Source of the DNA: the human T2T-CHM13v2.0 reference genome, Homo sapiens
DNA length: 64,000 nt
NCBI RefSeq assembly: GCF_009914755.1
Contig: NC_060925.1
Direction: 5' to 3' (one strand)
The notes beneath the pieces were generated by a model, which was given only the letters and a program-made list of their open reading frames with translations, did no database searches and was not told the DNA's origin. The position numbers and the translations under genes were made by a program. Positions 1-14,525 of the stretch are shown here, piece by piece (the stretch's first letter is position 1; every line of letters starts with the position of its first letter).

Positions 1-130
1 CAGAAGAATGGCGTGGACCTGGGAGGCAGAGCTCGCAGTGAGCCGAGATCATGCCACTGCACTCCAGCCAGGGCAACAGAGCGAGACTCTGTCTCAAAAA
101 AAAAAAAAAAGAAAGAAAAAAAAAAAGAAA
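1..130 (+). mobile_element. Alu 3' portion (AluY/S-like), cut by window edge, with A-rich tail
   Basis: Right-arm Alu sequence (GGGAGGCAGAGCTCGCAGTGAGCCGAGATC...GAGACTCTGTCTC) followed by poly(A). Confidence 0.9.
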
Positions 131-554
131 CATGCACACAGGCACACACACACAGGCACCCACACACGTAAACAACTCCCAGTGGCTAAGTGGTGGGACA
201 CATGTGAAAAAGCTAAGAGGCTTCTGTGTTTCTTTGTTCAAACCTGGATGCCTGGAGCTCATAAATTCACATTGCTAGAGGAAGAAGGAGAACATTTGGG
301 GGACCACATTTCAAGAGCGAGAACTGAGAGGTAGGCACCTCTAAGAGAATAAGGTACCAGGTGGTGGTAGGAATTCACTCCCACCCCATTTCTAAGTCAT
401 ATTCCACACTAGGAACAGCTCCCCTGAGCCCCGTGGAGAAAGGCAGATGTGGAGCTGCCAGTCACTCCTTGTCACAGGACCCATGTGGGTGTCAGGAGAC
501 AGATCCTTTCATTCCCAGGCCCTGTCTCACAGCTGGAGGCAGAGCCCAGGCCAG

Positions 555-561
555 GATAAAA
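555..561 (+). promoter_or_regulatory. TATA-like box (GATAAAA) of LCE1A
   Basis: GGATAAAAGG lies ~75 bp upstream of a strong donor (TCG|GTAAGC, 635), the same layout as at the other LCE genes in this window. Confidence 0.6.
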
Positions 562-584
562 GGGCTCGTGGCCAGAGCACCCCA

Positions 585-634
585 TCCATTCACCTCCTGA
601 GGTGCTGAAGGACCCTGTGCTGCCTGTGACCTCG
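585..634 (+). other. LCE1A: Predicted non-coding exon 1 of LCE1A (start approximate); intron 635-2007
   Basis: TATA-like box, donor GTAAGC at 635, acceptor ctctccttcAG at 2006-2007 followed by 22 nt of UTR before the ATG. Confidence 0.6.
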
Positions 635-1399
635 GTAAGCGTCCACTGGGAAAAGGAGCAGGGGTTCCACAGAGGGATGCCCAGACCAGGGCAGGAGGGA
701 AGGCTGGGCAGGGCTTTGTTGGGGAGGGGTAGCTGGATTAGAAGAGGTGGAGAATGTCTAGAAATTCTGATGGAGTTCAAGCTGTGGGGCAGGAGAGATG
801 GGAAGCACCTGGATGATTTGTATGTCTATGCTTCATGCTCTAATCCAAATTAGTTCTGTATTTTTTTTAGTGTCTCCCATTCCAGATAAGTTAAAACAAA
901 CTTTCCTTTCAGAGAGTAGATCTTAGCAACTCAACTGTGTCTCTTCCCCGAAGCCTGTACTGGGATTATAGTGGTTCTTAAATAATGGAGACCGGAGACC
1001 AGAGGAAGCATATTTGGAGCTTGATAAACACAGAGATACATGGCCCTTACACCTTCATCAGGAGTGAGTTAGTCATGAGTGGTGCCTGGGCATCTGTATA
1101 TCAGAAGCTCCAGTGTTGAACAGCAAGTAACAAGTTGAAATTTATGGTTGCCAGGGTGGCAGATAGAGGAGTCTGTGGGTTCTAAGAGGGAGCTTCACTA
1201 GGCATGGATTCACCAGACCGGGAAATCTAGGGTCACGTGTCAGCTTGCTACAATTAGCTTTAGACCTCATTTCTCCATTTATAATATGATTTGGGATAGC
1301 CAGCTCATATGATGACCCTTTGCAATTCTGACTATAATATATTGTGTGTTTGTGTCAACCAAATACAGCCATCTGGGAAGCTCCTACAAAAGGGAATCT

Positions 1400-1612
1400 T
1401 TATTTTTATTTTATTATTTTATTTCATTTATTTTTGAGACAAAGTGTCATTCTATTGCCCAGACTGCAGTGCAGTGGTATGACCTTGGCTCCCTGCAGCA
1501 TTGGCCTCCTGGGCTCAAACGATCCTCCAGCCTCAGCCTCCTAAGTAGTTGGGACTACAGGTGCGTGCCACCATACCCAGCTAATTTTTTTTTAGAGATA
1601 GGGTCTTCTTGC
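1400..1612 (-). mobile_element. Partial old Alu (AluJ/FRAM-like) in LCE1A intron
   Basis: T-rich tail followed by antisense Alu right arm (GAGACAAAGTGTC...GGGACTACAGG). Confidence 0.8.
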
Positions 1613-2029
1613 TTATTTTTTAAAAAGCAGAACTGCAGGTTTAAACTGGCTCCTAGATTGGACATTTTCAGAATTCTAAGTGGTGCAGAAGGGTAGACTT
1701 CAGTCAGATTCTGTGAATGTCAGATTGCCTTTTCCACTTAAAGGACATTAATTTTGGGCAAGTTTGTTAATACAGATGTCCTCATTATATTGCTGGGTTA
1801 AAATAAGATAGTCTATTTCTATTTTATAAAAACATCCTGATGATCCTATAACACATTGTGAAAGCATCTGACAAACAATTTTAGAGATAATTTCTCTCTG
1901 ACTTATTTGAACAGGTTTTAAAAATGTAGCAAAAATAAATGATGGTAAAAAGGCAATAAGGGTGGCCTCTGTGCCTGGCTGTAACTTGCTGTTTGACTCT
2001 CCTTCAGCTCCTGAACACCCACCGCCGAG

Positions 2030-2362
2030 ATGTCCTGCCAGCAGAGCCAGCAGCAGTGCCAGCCCCCTCCCAAGTGCACCCCCAAGTGCCCTCCCAAGTG
2101 CCCCACTCCTAAGTGCCCCCCAAAGTGTCCCCCTAAGTGCCCTCCAGTCTCTTCCTGCTGCAGTGTCAGCTCCGGAGGCTGCTGTGGCTCCAGCTCTGGG
2201 GGCGTCTGCAGCTCTGGGGGAGGTGGCTGCTGCCTGAGCCACCACAGGCGCCACAGGTCCCACCGTCACAGACTCCAGAGCTCTGGCTGCTGCAGCCAGC
2301 CCTCGGGAGGCTCCAGCTGCTGTGGAGGGGACAGCGGCCAGCACTCTGGAGGCTGCTGCTGA
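2030..2362 (+). CDS. LCE1A: Late cornified envelope protein 1A (110 aa)
   Basis: [17 protein letters not shown]-terminus, PKCP repeats, SSGGCC motifs, [12 protein letters not shown] and GGCC C-terminus; matches LCE1A as I recall it, and the order LCE1A-LCE6A-SMCP fits. Confidence 0.95.
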   Translation: MSCQQSQQQCQPPPKCTPKCPPKCPTPKCPPKCPPKCPPVSSCCSVSSGGCCGSSSGGVCSSGGGGCCLSHHRRHRSHRHRLQSSGCCSQPSGGSSCCGGDSGQHSGGCC

Positions 2363-2637
2363 AGCGGACTCTGCACCTAGAAGAGCAGACTCGGGTGAAA
2401 TGAGTGATCAAACATTTCCTCCTCACCTGTCTCCTCCTGGGCCTGCAAGAGTGGCTGAGATGCCCGCGTGAAGGCTCTGAGCTCTGGCCTAGAGGATCCC
2501 TCTGCCCTGGGATCCAGAAACTTGATTCTTCTCCCACAAACCTATCTGCTGCCCCTGACACCAACTGTGTTGTCTACTCTGGGATCCCAAGCCACAAACT
2601 CACTCTCCAGCTCATTTCCTGCAGCCTCAAGTGAAAC

Positions 2638-2643
2638 AATAAA
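2638..2643 (+). terminator. LCE1A polyadenylation signal AATAAA
   Basis: AATAAA ~280 nt after the stop, with GT-rich sequence downstream. Confidence 0.8.
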
Positions 2644-3879
2644 GCAAAAGATCTTCTTGCCACTTATTGTGGACTGTTCCTTGCCTGTTTGTGTCTCCAA
2701 TATTTTTTTCACTGCTCTCTACTTTCCTGCTGCCTGGAAGCTTTGGAAATCAAGATGTGCTAGTCGCATGGCTAAAGATATGGAGGAGGGGAGAGAAAAA
2801 CTTCTATGGCTCCTACTTTGACACCTTATGTCAGAGGAATCACTACGTGGCTCTGCCTGTGCCCATCTTCCTGGTGTTTCAGGAACACAGAGCCTTGTGC
2901 TTTGGACTTCTTCAGGGTCCTACTTGGTCTCCAGGGTGTGGCAGGGAGACAGATATGCACCCCATCCTTTCATCCATCTACCCCTCCTCCCCTTTACAAT
3001 ACTGCCCACTCACTCCCAAATTTCATTCTCTTTCAGTAAAAAATATTAGAAAATTATATGTAAACTTCCTGCAAACAGACCATGAATCTTAGACTATTCT
3101 AACTACAAGTATGCATAGAACATGTGGTAAATATGATCTGAAAAAACTTAAAAATCCGTAGAAAAGGAATCAGTATGTTAAAAATCAATGTCTTTCTTTT
3201 CTCTCCCAGAGTCCCAAGTCCAATCTTTCCAGTCAAATATTTCGTCTCTATATTTTGTGAAGAAGTCCTGATTTTTCATCAATATTTTTTCAATTACAAA
3301 TTTTACATGAGATTGAATAATTGTTAATTTAATGTTGTGTGTATTATGCCTCAATAATTTTACTATGAACTGGATAAGTGGGCAATACCCTGCACTTATT
3401 TTTTTAATCCATGAAAACCCCCTGGTGTCTGGCAGATCAGACAGCAAGAACATGTAGGAATAATGTGATGTCCACCTCACAAATGCTCTGATTAATACAA
3501 CCTCTAGATGTCCCTGTGTCTTTGGTCAGTCACCCAAGGGACATCCAGTACACTGATTCTCAGCCATATACCTGCTTCTTGACTATTCCAGGAGACTAGA
3601 TGAGGGATATATTCCTTTTGGCTTCAGTAACAAGAAGGAGCTCAAGCACTGCACATATTGGGTGACCCCTCCAAATAATTCAACTAGCATATTAATAAGT
3701 ATGGAGCTGACTGGTGGCCAAAGTGACAGATGATACCATTCCCCAGAAAGGAAATAATGTTCCAGCTGGGATCAGACACACGCTAAGGCCCAGGTTTCTC
3801 TCTCCCCAACTTGGACTGCGTGCTCCCTAAGGGCAGCTGCTATATAGCCATCTCAGACCAGAGTTCCATGAAAGCCAAG

Positions 3880-4832
3880 ACTGTGTTTTCCCATAAGGTC
3901 ATAAAGATTTTCTTGTATATTTTCTTCTACAACTTTTATTGTTTTAGGCCCTCAGTTCGGTTTTTGATCCATTTTGAGTTAAATGTTTTTAATGTTATAA
4001 GATAAGGGTCAATTTTATTATTTTGCTTGTGGTTTTCCAGTAGCCATAGCATTATTTGTTGAAAGACTATTGTTTCCTCAGTGAAACAGTCAAATTTTTG
4101 GCACCCTTGTCAAAAAATCGTTAACCATCAATTTATGGTTTATTTTTGACACTCAATTCTCTTCCACTGTTCTTTGTGTGTAGCTTTAGTTGACAGTTTT
4201 GTTTTGATTCTTGTTTTTTGTTTTTCTTCTCAGCATTTTGAAAATGCCATTCCAATGCCTCTGGCTTTCATTGATTAAAAATAAGCTATAAATATTATTG
4301 GGGTTTCCTTGTAAGTGATGAGTCATTTTTCTTTCACTGTTTTCAGGAGTCACTCTTCACCTTTTTTCCCCAATACTTTTACAGTGATGTCTCTAGATGT
4401 GAGTCTTTTTGTGTATCTCATACTTGGAGTTTGTTGATCTTGTTAAATGAATAGATTGTTTTTCATCAAATTTAGTAAATTTTACATCATTATTTTTGAA
4501 TTTTTTTCTGTTTTCTGTTCCTTTTCTCTATCCACTCCTTCTTGTACTCCTATTACACATATGTTGGTGTGCATATATCCCAAAATTTTCTGAGGTTCTG
4601 CCTACTTTTCTTCATTACTTTTTTCTCAGTGTTATTTAAATTGCTTAATTGCTATTGATCTATCTAATTTGCTGATTCTCTCTTCTGACAGTTCAATATA
4701 TTGTTGAATTTTTCATTTCAATTATTTTACTTTTCAACTCTAGAATTTCAAGTTAATTCTTTAAAAAAAATTCTACCTGTTTATTGACATTATTTATTTT
4801 ATAAACATTACCATACCTTCCTTTACTTCTTT
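3880..4832 (-). mobile_element. Old L1M-type fragments (antisense), interrupted by the L1PA insertion and continuing ~10952-12450
   Basis: T-rich degenerate L1 antisense motifs (GATCCATTTTGAGTTAA...TTTGTTGAAAGACTAT); boundaries approximate. Confidence 0.55.
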
Positions 4833-5832
4833 AAAAATAGTTTCCTGACAGCTCCCAGCATAAGCAATGCAGAAGACAGGTGATTTCTGCATTTCCAACT
4901 GAGGTACTGGGTACATCTCAAGGGGGAGTGCAGGACAGTGGGTGCAGTACAGTGGATGCAGTGAACCATGCGTGAGCCGAAGCAGGGCGAGGCATCGCCT
5001 CACCCAGGAAGTGCAAGGGGTCAGGGAATTCCCTTTCCTAGTCAAAGAAAGGGGTGACAGACGGCACCTGGAAAATCGGGTCACTCCCACCCTAATACTG
5101 CGCTCTTCCAACGGGCTTAACAAACGGCACACCAGGAGATTACATCCTGCACCTGGCTCAGAGGGTCCTAGGCCATGGAGCCTCGCTCATTGCTAGCACA
5201 GCAGTCTGAGTTCAAACTGCAAGGCAGCAGCGAGGCTAGGGGAGGGGCGCCCACCATTGCTCAGGCTTGAGTAGGTAAACAAAGTGGCCCCGAAGCTCAA
5301 ACTGGGTGGAGCCCACCACAGCTCAAGGAGGCCTGCCTGCCTCTGTAGGCTCCACCTCTGGGAGCAGGGCACAGACAAACAAAAGACAGCAATAACCTCT
5401 GCAGTCTTAAATGTCCCTGTCTGACAGCTTTGGAGAAAGTAGTGGTTCTCCCAGCACACAGCTTGAGATCTGAGAACGGACAGACTGCCTCCTCAAGTGG
5501 GTCCCTGACCCCCGAATAGCCTAACTGGGAGGCATCCCCCAGTAGGGGCGGACTGACACCTCACAGGGCTGGGTACTCCTCTGAGACAAAACTTCCAGAG
5601 GAACGATCAGGCAGCAGCATTTGCAGTTCACCAATATCCGCTGTTCTGCAGCCACTGCTGCTGATACCCAGGCAAACAGGGTCTGGAGTGGACCTCCAGT
5701 AAACTCCAACAGACCTGCAGCTGAGGGTCCCGACTTTTAGAAGGAAAAGTAAAAAACAGAAAGGACATCCACACCAAAAACCCATCTGTACGTCGCCATC
5801 ATCAAAGACCACAGGTAGATAAAACCACAAAG

Positions 5833-6849
5833 ATGGGGAAAAAACAGAGCAGAAAAACTGGAAACTCTAAAAATCAGAGCACCTCTCCTCCTCCAAAGGA
5901 ACGCAGCTCCTCACCAGCAATGGAACAAAGCTGGATGGAGAATGACTTTGACGAGTTGAGAGAGGAAGGCTTCAGAAGATCAAACTACTCCAGGCTAAAG
6001 GAGGAAGTTCTAACCAATGGCAAAGAAGTTAGAAACTTTGAAAAAAAGTTAGACGAATGGATAACTAGAATAATCAATGCAGAGAAGTCCTTAAAGGAAC
6101 TGATGGAGCTGAAAACCAAGGCACGAGAACTACGTGATGAATGCACAAGCCTCAGTAACCAATGTGATCAACTGGAAGAAAGGGTATAAGCAATGGAAGA
6201 TGAAATGAATGAAATGAAGCATGAAGAGAAGTTTAGAGAAAAAAGAATAAAAAGAAACGAACAAAGCCTCTAAGAAATATGGGACTATGTGAAAAGACCA
6301 ACTCTACATCTAATTGCTGTACCTGAAAGTGACGGGGAGAATGGAACCAAGTTGGAAAACACTCTGCAGGATATTATCCAGGAGAGCTTCCCCAATCTAG
6401 CAAGGCAGGCCAACAGTCAAATTCAGGAAATACAGAGAATGCCACAAAGATACTCCTCGAGAAGAGCAACTCCAAGACACACAATTGTCAGATTCACCAA
6501 AGTTGAAATGAAGGAAAATGTGTTAAGGGCAGCCAGAGAGAAAGGTCGGGTTACCCACAAAGAGAAGCCCATCAGACTAACAGCTGATTTCTCGGCAGAA
6601 ACTCTACAAGCCAGAAGAGAGTGGGGGCCAATATTCAACATTCTTAAAGAAAAGAATTTTCAACCCAGAATTTCATATCCAGCCAAACTAAGCTTCGTAA
6701 GTGAAGGAGAAATAAAATACTTTATAGACAAGCAAATGCTGAGAGATTTTGTCACCACCAGGCCTGCCCTAAAAGAGCTCCTGAAGGAAGCACTAAAAAT
6801 GGAAAGGAACGACTGGTACCAGCCACTGCAAAAACATGCCAAATTGTAA
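5833..6849 (+). pseudogene. L1 ORF1p, disrupted by in-frame TAA stops at 6187-6189 and 6271-6273
   Basis: MGKKQSRKTGNSK... and ...REKGRVTHK...ARREWG...YPAKLSF fragments in one frame. Confidence 0.93.
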
Positions 6850-6897
6850 AGACCATCAAGGCTAGGAAGAAACTGCATCAACTACTGAGCAAAATAA

Positions 6898-10723
<3,826 letters not shown>

Positions 10724-12614
10724 ACCATGAGAGCACATGGACACAGGAAGGGGAACATCACACACCGGGGCCTGTTGTGGGGTCGGGGTAGAGGGGAGGG
10801 ATAGCATTAGGAGATATACATAATGCTAAATGACGAGTTAATGGGTGCAGCACATCAACATGGCACATGTATACATATGTAACTAACCTGCACATTGTGC
10901 ACATGTATCCTAAAACTTAAAGTATAATAATAAAAAAAAAAATAGTTTCCTATAATTCTTTAAAAGTGGCAACAATGGCTACTTTGGAATTTTTGTTTAT
11001 TAAGTCCAGCCTTTGGGCCGTCTCCCAGGAAGTTTCTGTTTATTGCTTCTTTTCCTGTGTAAGGGTCACACTTTCTAGTTTATTTGCATGTATCATGTGT
11101 TTTTTCTTTAAAAGTGGTTATTTTAGAGATTAGAATGTAGCAACTCTGTGTAATGATACTCCTCTCCCTTTAAGGTGTGCTGTTGCTTGTTTATTTGTTT
11201 GACTATTTAGATAGACTATATTAGTAAAGTCTATTTCTCCTGAAATGGGATGTCTCTGATGTCACTCCTCAGGGGACTCAACCCTGGGCTTGCTCACAGT
11301 TACCCTGAATGACAGTAGGTTTAGCAGAACTCTCTTTGGTTGTCTCTTCGATGATTTCTCTGTTAAGCTATCTCTGTTGGCATCACACACAACTGTTAGG
11401 CTTCACAACAGTTGCTGACAGATTGGTTTATTATTTCTGATAATGTCCTAGAACACAAACAGAAATTGCTTCATAATTGAAGCCAATTAAGTCTAGGCCC
11501 CTTTTCAAGGGTAGTGTTTGAGGCCAGGTTTGAAATTTGTTCTAAACTCGGGAAGACTCTACTTAGCCCTCACTTTCCTTGGTTTTCTCTGGTAAACAAG
11601 CTGCCCTATGGTTTAGTATATTGCTCTTATGACTCAACAGCCTCTTCTTAAATGCTTGCCAACAAAATCTCTCCCATTTACCAAAGTGCCTTTAAGCTTG
11701 AACGTCCCCACACTCTTTTCCAAATATAGTCAGTTCCTTTGGTGAGAACTTTGGAGTTCTCTGGGTTTTCTGGACATCCTCTTCCCTGGACAAATTCTCT
11801 TAGCCACTGCTTTTGAGCTGAGGGCAAATGTCTCCTGGAGCTCACTGCTGATTAATGAGCAGAACACTTTAATGGGGTGGCAACCACTATTCTTCTTGGA
11901 TTGTTTCTCCCACCATCGATCCTCCACCCTACAAGTGAGCTGGGACAAAGGACTTTGGTGTCCCAATATTCTTGCCCTGCTGCACCTGAGGTAGAGTGAC
12001 TGCCTGCCCCATGAGTGGGAGATGGGGAGTAAGAAAGCCCCCAATCTCTTAGAGTCCCCCTCCTGGAATTTAGCCTCTATACCACAGAACTAAGGGAAGA
12101 GGTGTAAGAAATGTTGGCAGCCTCCCCCTCACAGGAAGACACTGGAGGCCATGATTTGGAGCTAAAGGGGGATGGAACCTTATCTCATTGATTGCATCTT
12201 CCAAGAGTGGAGCTAGCATCATGCCCAACTGGAAGAGATTAGGGAGGGTGCAAGTTGTGATTCAAGTGCCACAGACTATTGTTATTGTTACTATGATTTA
12301 GTAGATTTTCTTGAATAAAAGTTTTTTAATTTGCTCTATACCCTTAGGACAATTTGCAAAGGATGATTGCAAAACTTTTTTTTCAAGTCTTAATTATTTT
12401 GCTAGGAGAAGGGTCCAAGGAGTTCTTCATGCCACTGTTCTGAAAGTCCTCCCTAAAGGGATTTTTATTTAATTTGTCTTAGGTTTTCCATAAGGCTTTT
12501 TAGAAAATACTCTGAATTGAGATTTTATGTATTTATAGATTTCTTTTATAATTTAGTCTTTAAAAGTTTTTTTAACATAGAGTTGTGAACAACCTAAGCT
12601 GTGGACACAGTTTT

Positions 12615-12832
12615 TTTGTATTTATTTATTTATTTTTAATTCTTTTTTTTTTTATACTTTAAGTTCTAGGGTACATGTGCACAATGTGCAGGTTTGTTAC
12701 ATATGTATATATGTGCCATGTCGGTGTGCTGCACCCATTAACTCATCATTTACATTAGGTATATCTCCTAATGCTTTCCCTCCCCACTTCCCCCACCCCA
12801 CAACAGGCCCGGTGTGTGATGTTCCCCTTCCT
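12615..12832 (-). mobile_element. 5'-truncated L1PA 3' end with 17-bp TSD GCTGTGGACACAGTTTT (12598-12614 / 12833-12849)
   Basis: Antisense L1 3'UTR (TATACTTTAAGTTCTAGGGTACATGTGCAC...) between exact direct repeats. Confidence 0.92.
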
Positions 12833-13025
12833 GCTGTGGACACAGTTTTAATTATTTTCTTCTAAATCTTAGAAGCTTTCTTTTCTCTTTCTTTGGATGA
12901 TGAGAAAGGGAAAAAAGAGACTTACTCGTCTGATGAAGAAAACACTACACTAAGCTCTTCTTTTGCCAATGACAATTTATTCTATTGAAATGGAAACTAA
13001 ACCACTTATATCCAATGGTCTACAT

Positions 13026-13258
13026 CAGGGGCATCCAATCTTTTGGCTTCCTTGGTCCACATTGGAAGAAGAAAAATTGTCTTGGGCCACACATAAAATA
13101 CTATTAATACTTGGGCCACACAATAATACTAACAATAGATGATGGTCTAAAAAAAATCACAAAAAATTTCATGTTTTAAGAAGGTTTACAAATTTGTGAT
13201 GGGTCACATTCAAAGCCGTCCTGGGTCACATGGGGCCCACAGGAGTTGAACAAGCTTG
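13026..13258. mobile_element. MER30 (hAT-Charlie MITE)
   Basis: Starts CAGGGGCATCCAATCTTTTGGCTTCC...TTGTCTTGGGCCACACATAAAATAC, matching the MER30 consensus as recalled. Confidence 0.8.
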
Positions 13259-13449
13259 GCCTAGATTAACAAGCCAGTTCTGATGATATTATAGTCTTGA
13301 GTACAAGTCAGGATAATTGGTGGTTTGGATACCATCCTACCTGGAGGAAAGAGGTAGGACCAGATCTCTTGGCCTTTCTTCCTAAGAAAACATGAGCAGG
13401 GCTGGGTTCTAAAATAAGAAGTACCTGTAGAAAACATGATATAGATTTC

Positions 13450-13791
13450 TTTTATTTATTTATTTATTTATTTTTTTATTATACTTTAAGTTTTAGGGTA
13501 CATGTGCACATTGTGCAGGTTAGTTACGTATGTATACATGTGCCATGCTGGTGCGCTGCACCCACTAACTCGTCATCTAGCATTAGGTATATCTCCCAAT
13601 GCTATCCCTCCCCCCTCCCCCCCCACCACAGTCCCCAGAGTGTGATATTCCCCTTCCTGTGTCCATGTGATCTCATTGTTCAATTCTCACCTATGAGTGA
13701 GAATATGCGGTGTTTGGTTTTTTGTTCTTGCGATAGTTTACTGAGAATGATGATTTCCAATTTCATCCATGTCCCTACAAAGGACATGAAC
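13450..13791 (-). mobile_element. Young 5'-truncated L1 3' end (L1PA2-like); no TSD found
   Basis: Antisense 3'UTR with GCGCTGCACCCACTAACTCGTCATCTAGC; (TTTA)n tail. Confidence 0.9.
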
Positions 13792-14284
13792 ACTCCCCTC
13801 AAACTAAACTCTTTGGCACAGTCTAAGTAAAAATATAATAGTGTTCAGGAAATATAGTTGAGGTGCCCACAGTGTGATGTGGACAATCCCAAACTCACTG
13901 TAAGTGTCTGATTTCATCATGGCCTGAGTCTGTATTTCATCAGAATTAATTGACTCAGGACATAATATTTGAAAAGCATTCTGTAAACTAAAGTTCTTTG
14001 CAAACATCTGTGATGGGGATTTTTAAAAACTTAATAATTAACAAACCTAATAACTAGTAACTGTAATGAACCATTGTGTACACTGAAATGGGGCTTGAGA
14101 TATACAGATAATAGCCCCATGTTCAAGGCATTAACAATATCACATACAAGTACAATTGTTTATGATAATAAATTATATGTATAACAAGTAATAAATGCTC
14201 TGAAAGATTTTCTCAGCCAGGCATTGTCTAGAAATTCATTACAGAGAACACGGGATTTGAACTGGCCCTCGGAAGTAGTCTCAG

Positions 14285-14525
14285 AAGAGGAACCAAGAAA
14301 GACAAGAAGTAAGACACAAAGAAAGACAAAAAGAAAAAGAAAAAGAAAGAAAAGAAAAAAGAAAGGAAGAAAGAAAGAAAGGAAAGGAAAGAAAGAAAGA
14401 AAGAAAAAAGAAGGAAGGAAGAAAGAAAAAAAGAGAGGAAGAAGGAAGGCAGGCAGGCTGAGGAAATAAGAGGAAGACAAAGAGATAGAGTGGAAAAGGG
14501 AGGAAGAAAGAGAGGTAGAGACAGA
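14285..14525 (+). repeat. GA-rich (GAAA/GGAA)n low-complexity polypurine tract
   Basis: About 240 bp, almost entirely purine on the + strand. Confidence 0.9.

Noticed and set aside
1748-2564. Long overlapping or antisense ORFs over LCE1A (198 aa, 132 aa, 91 aa)
   Set aside because: By-products of the GC-rich repetitive LCE coding sequence; no independent promoter or splice signals
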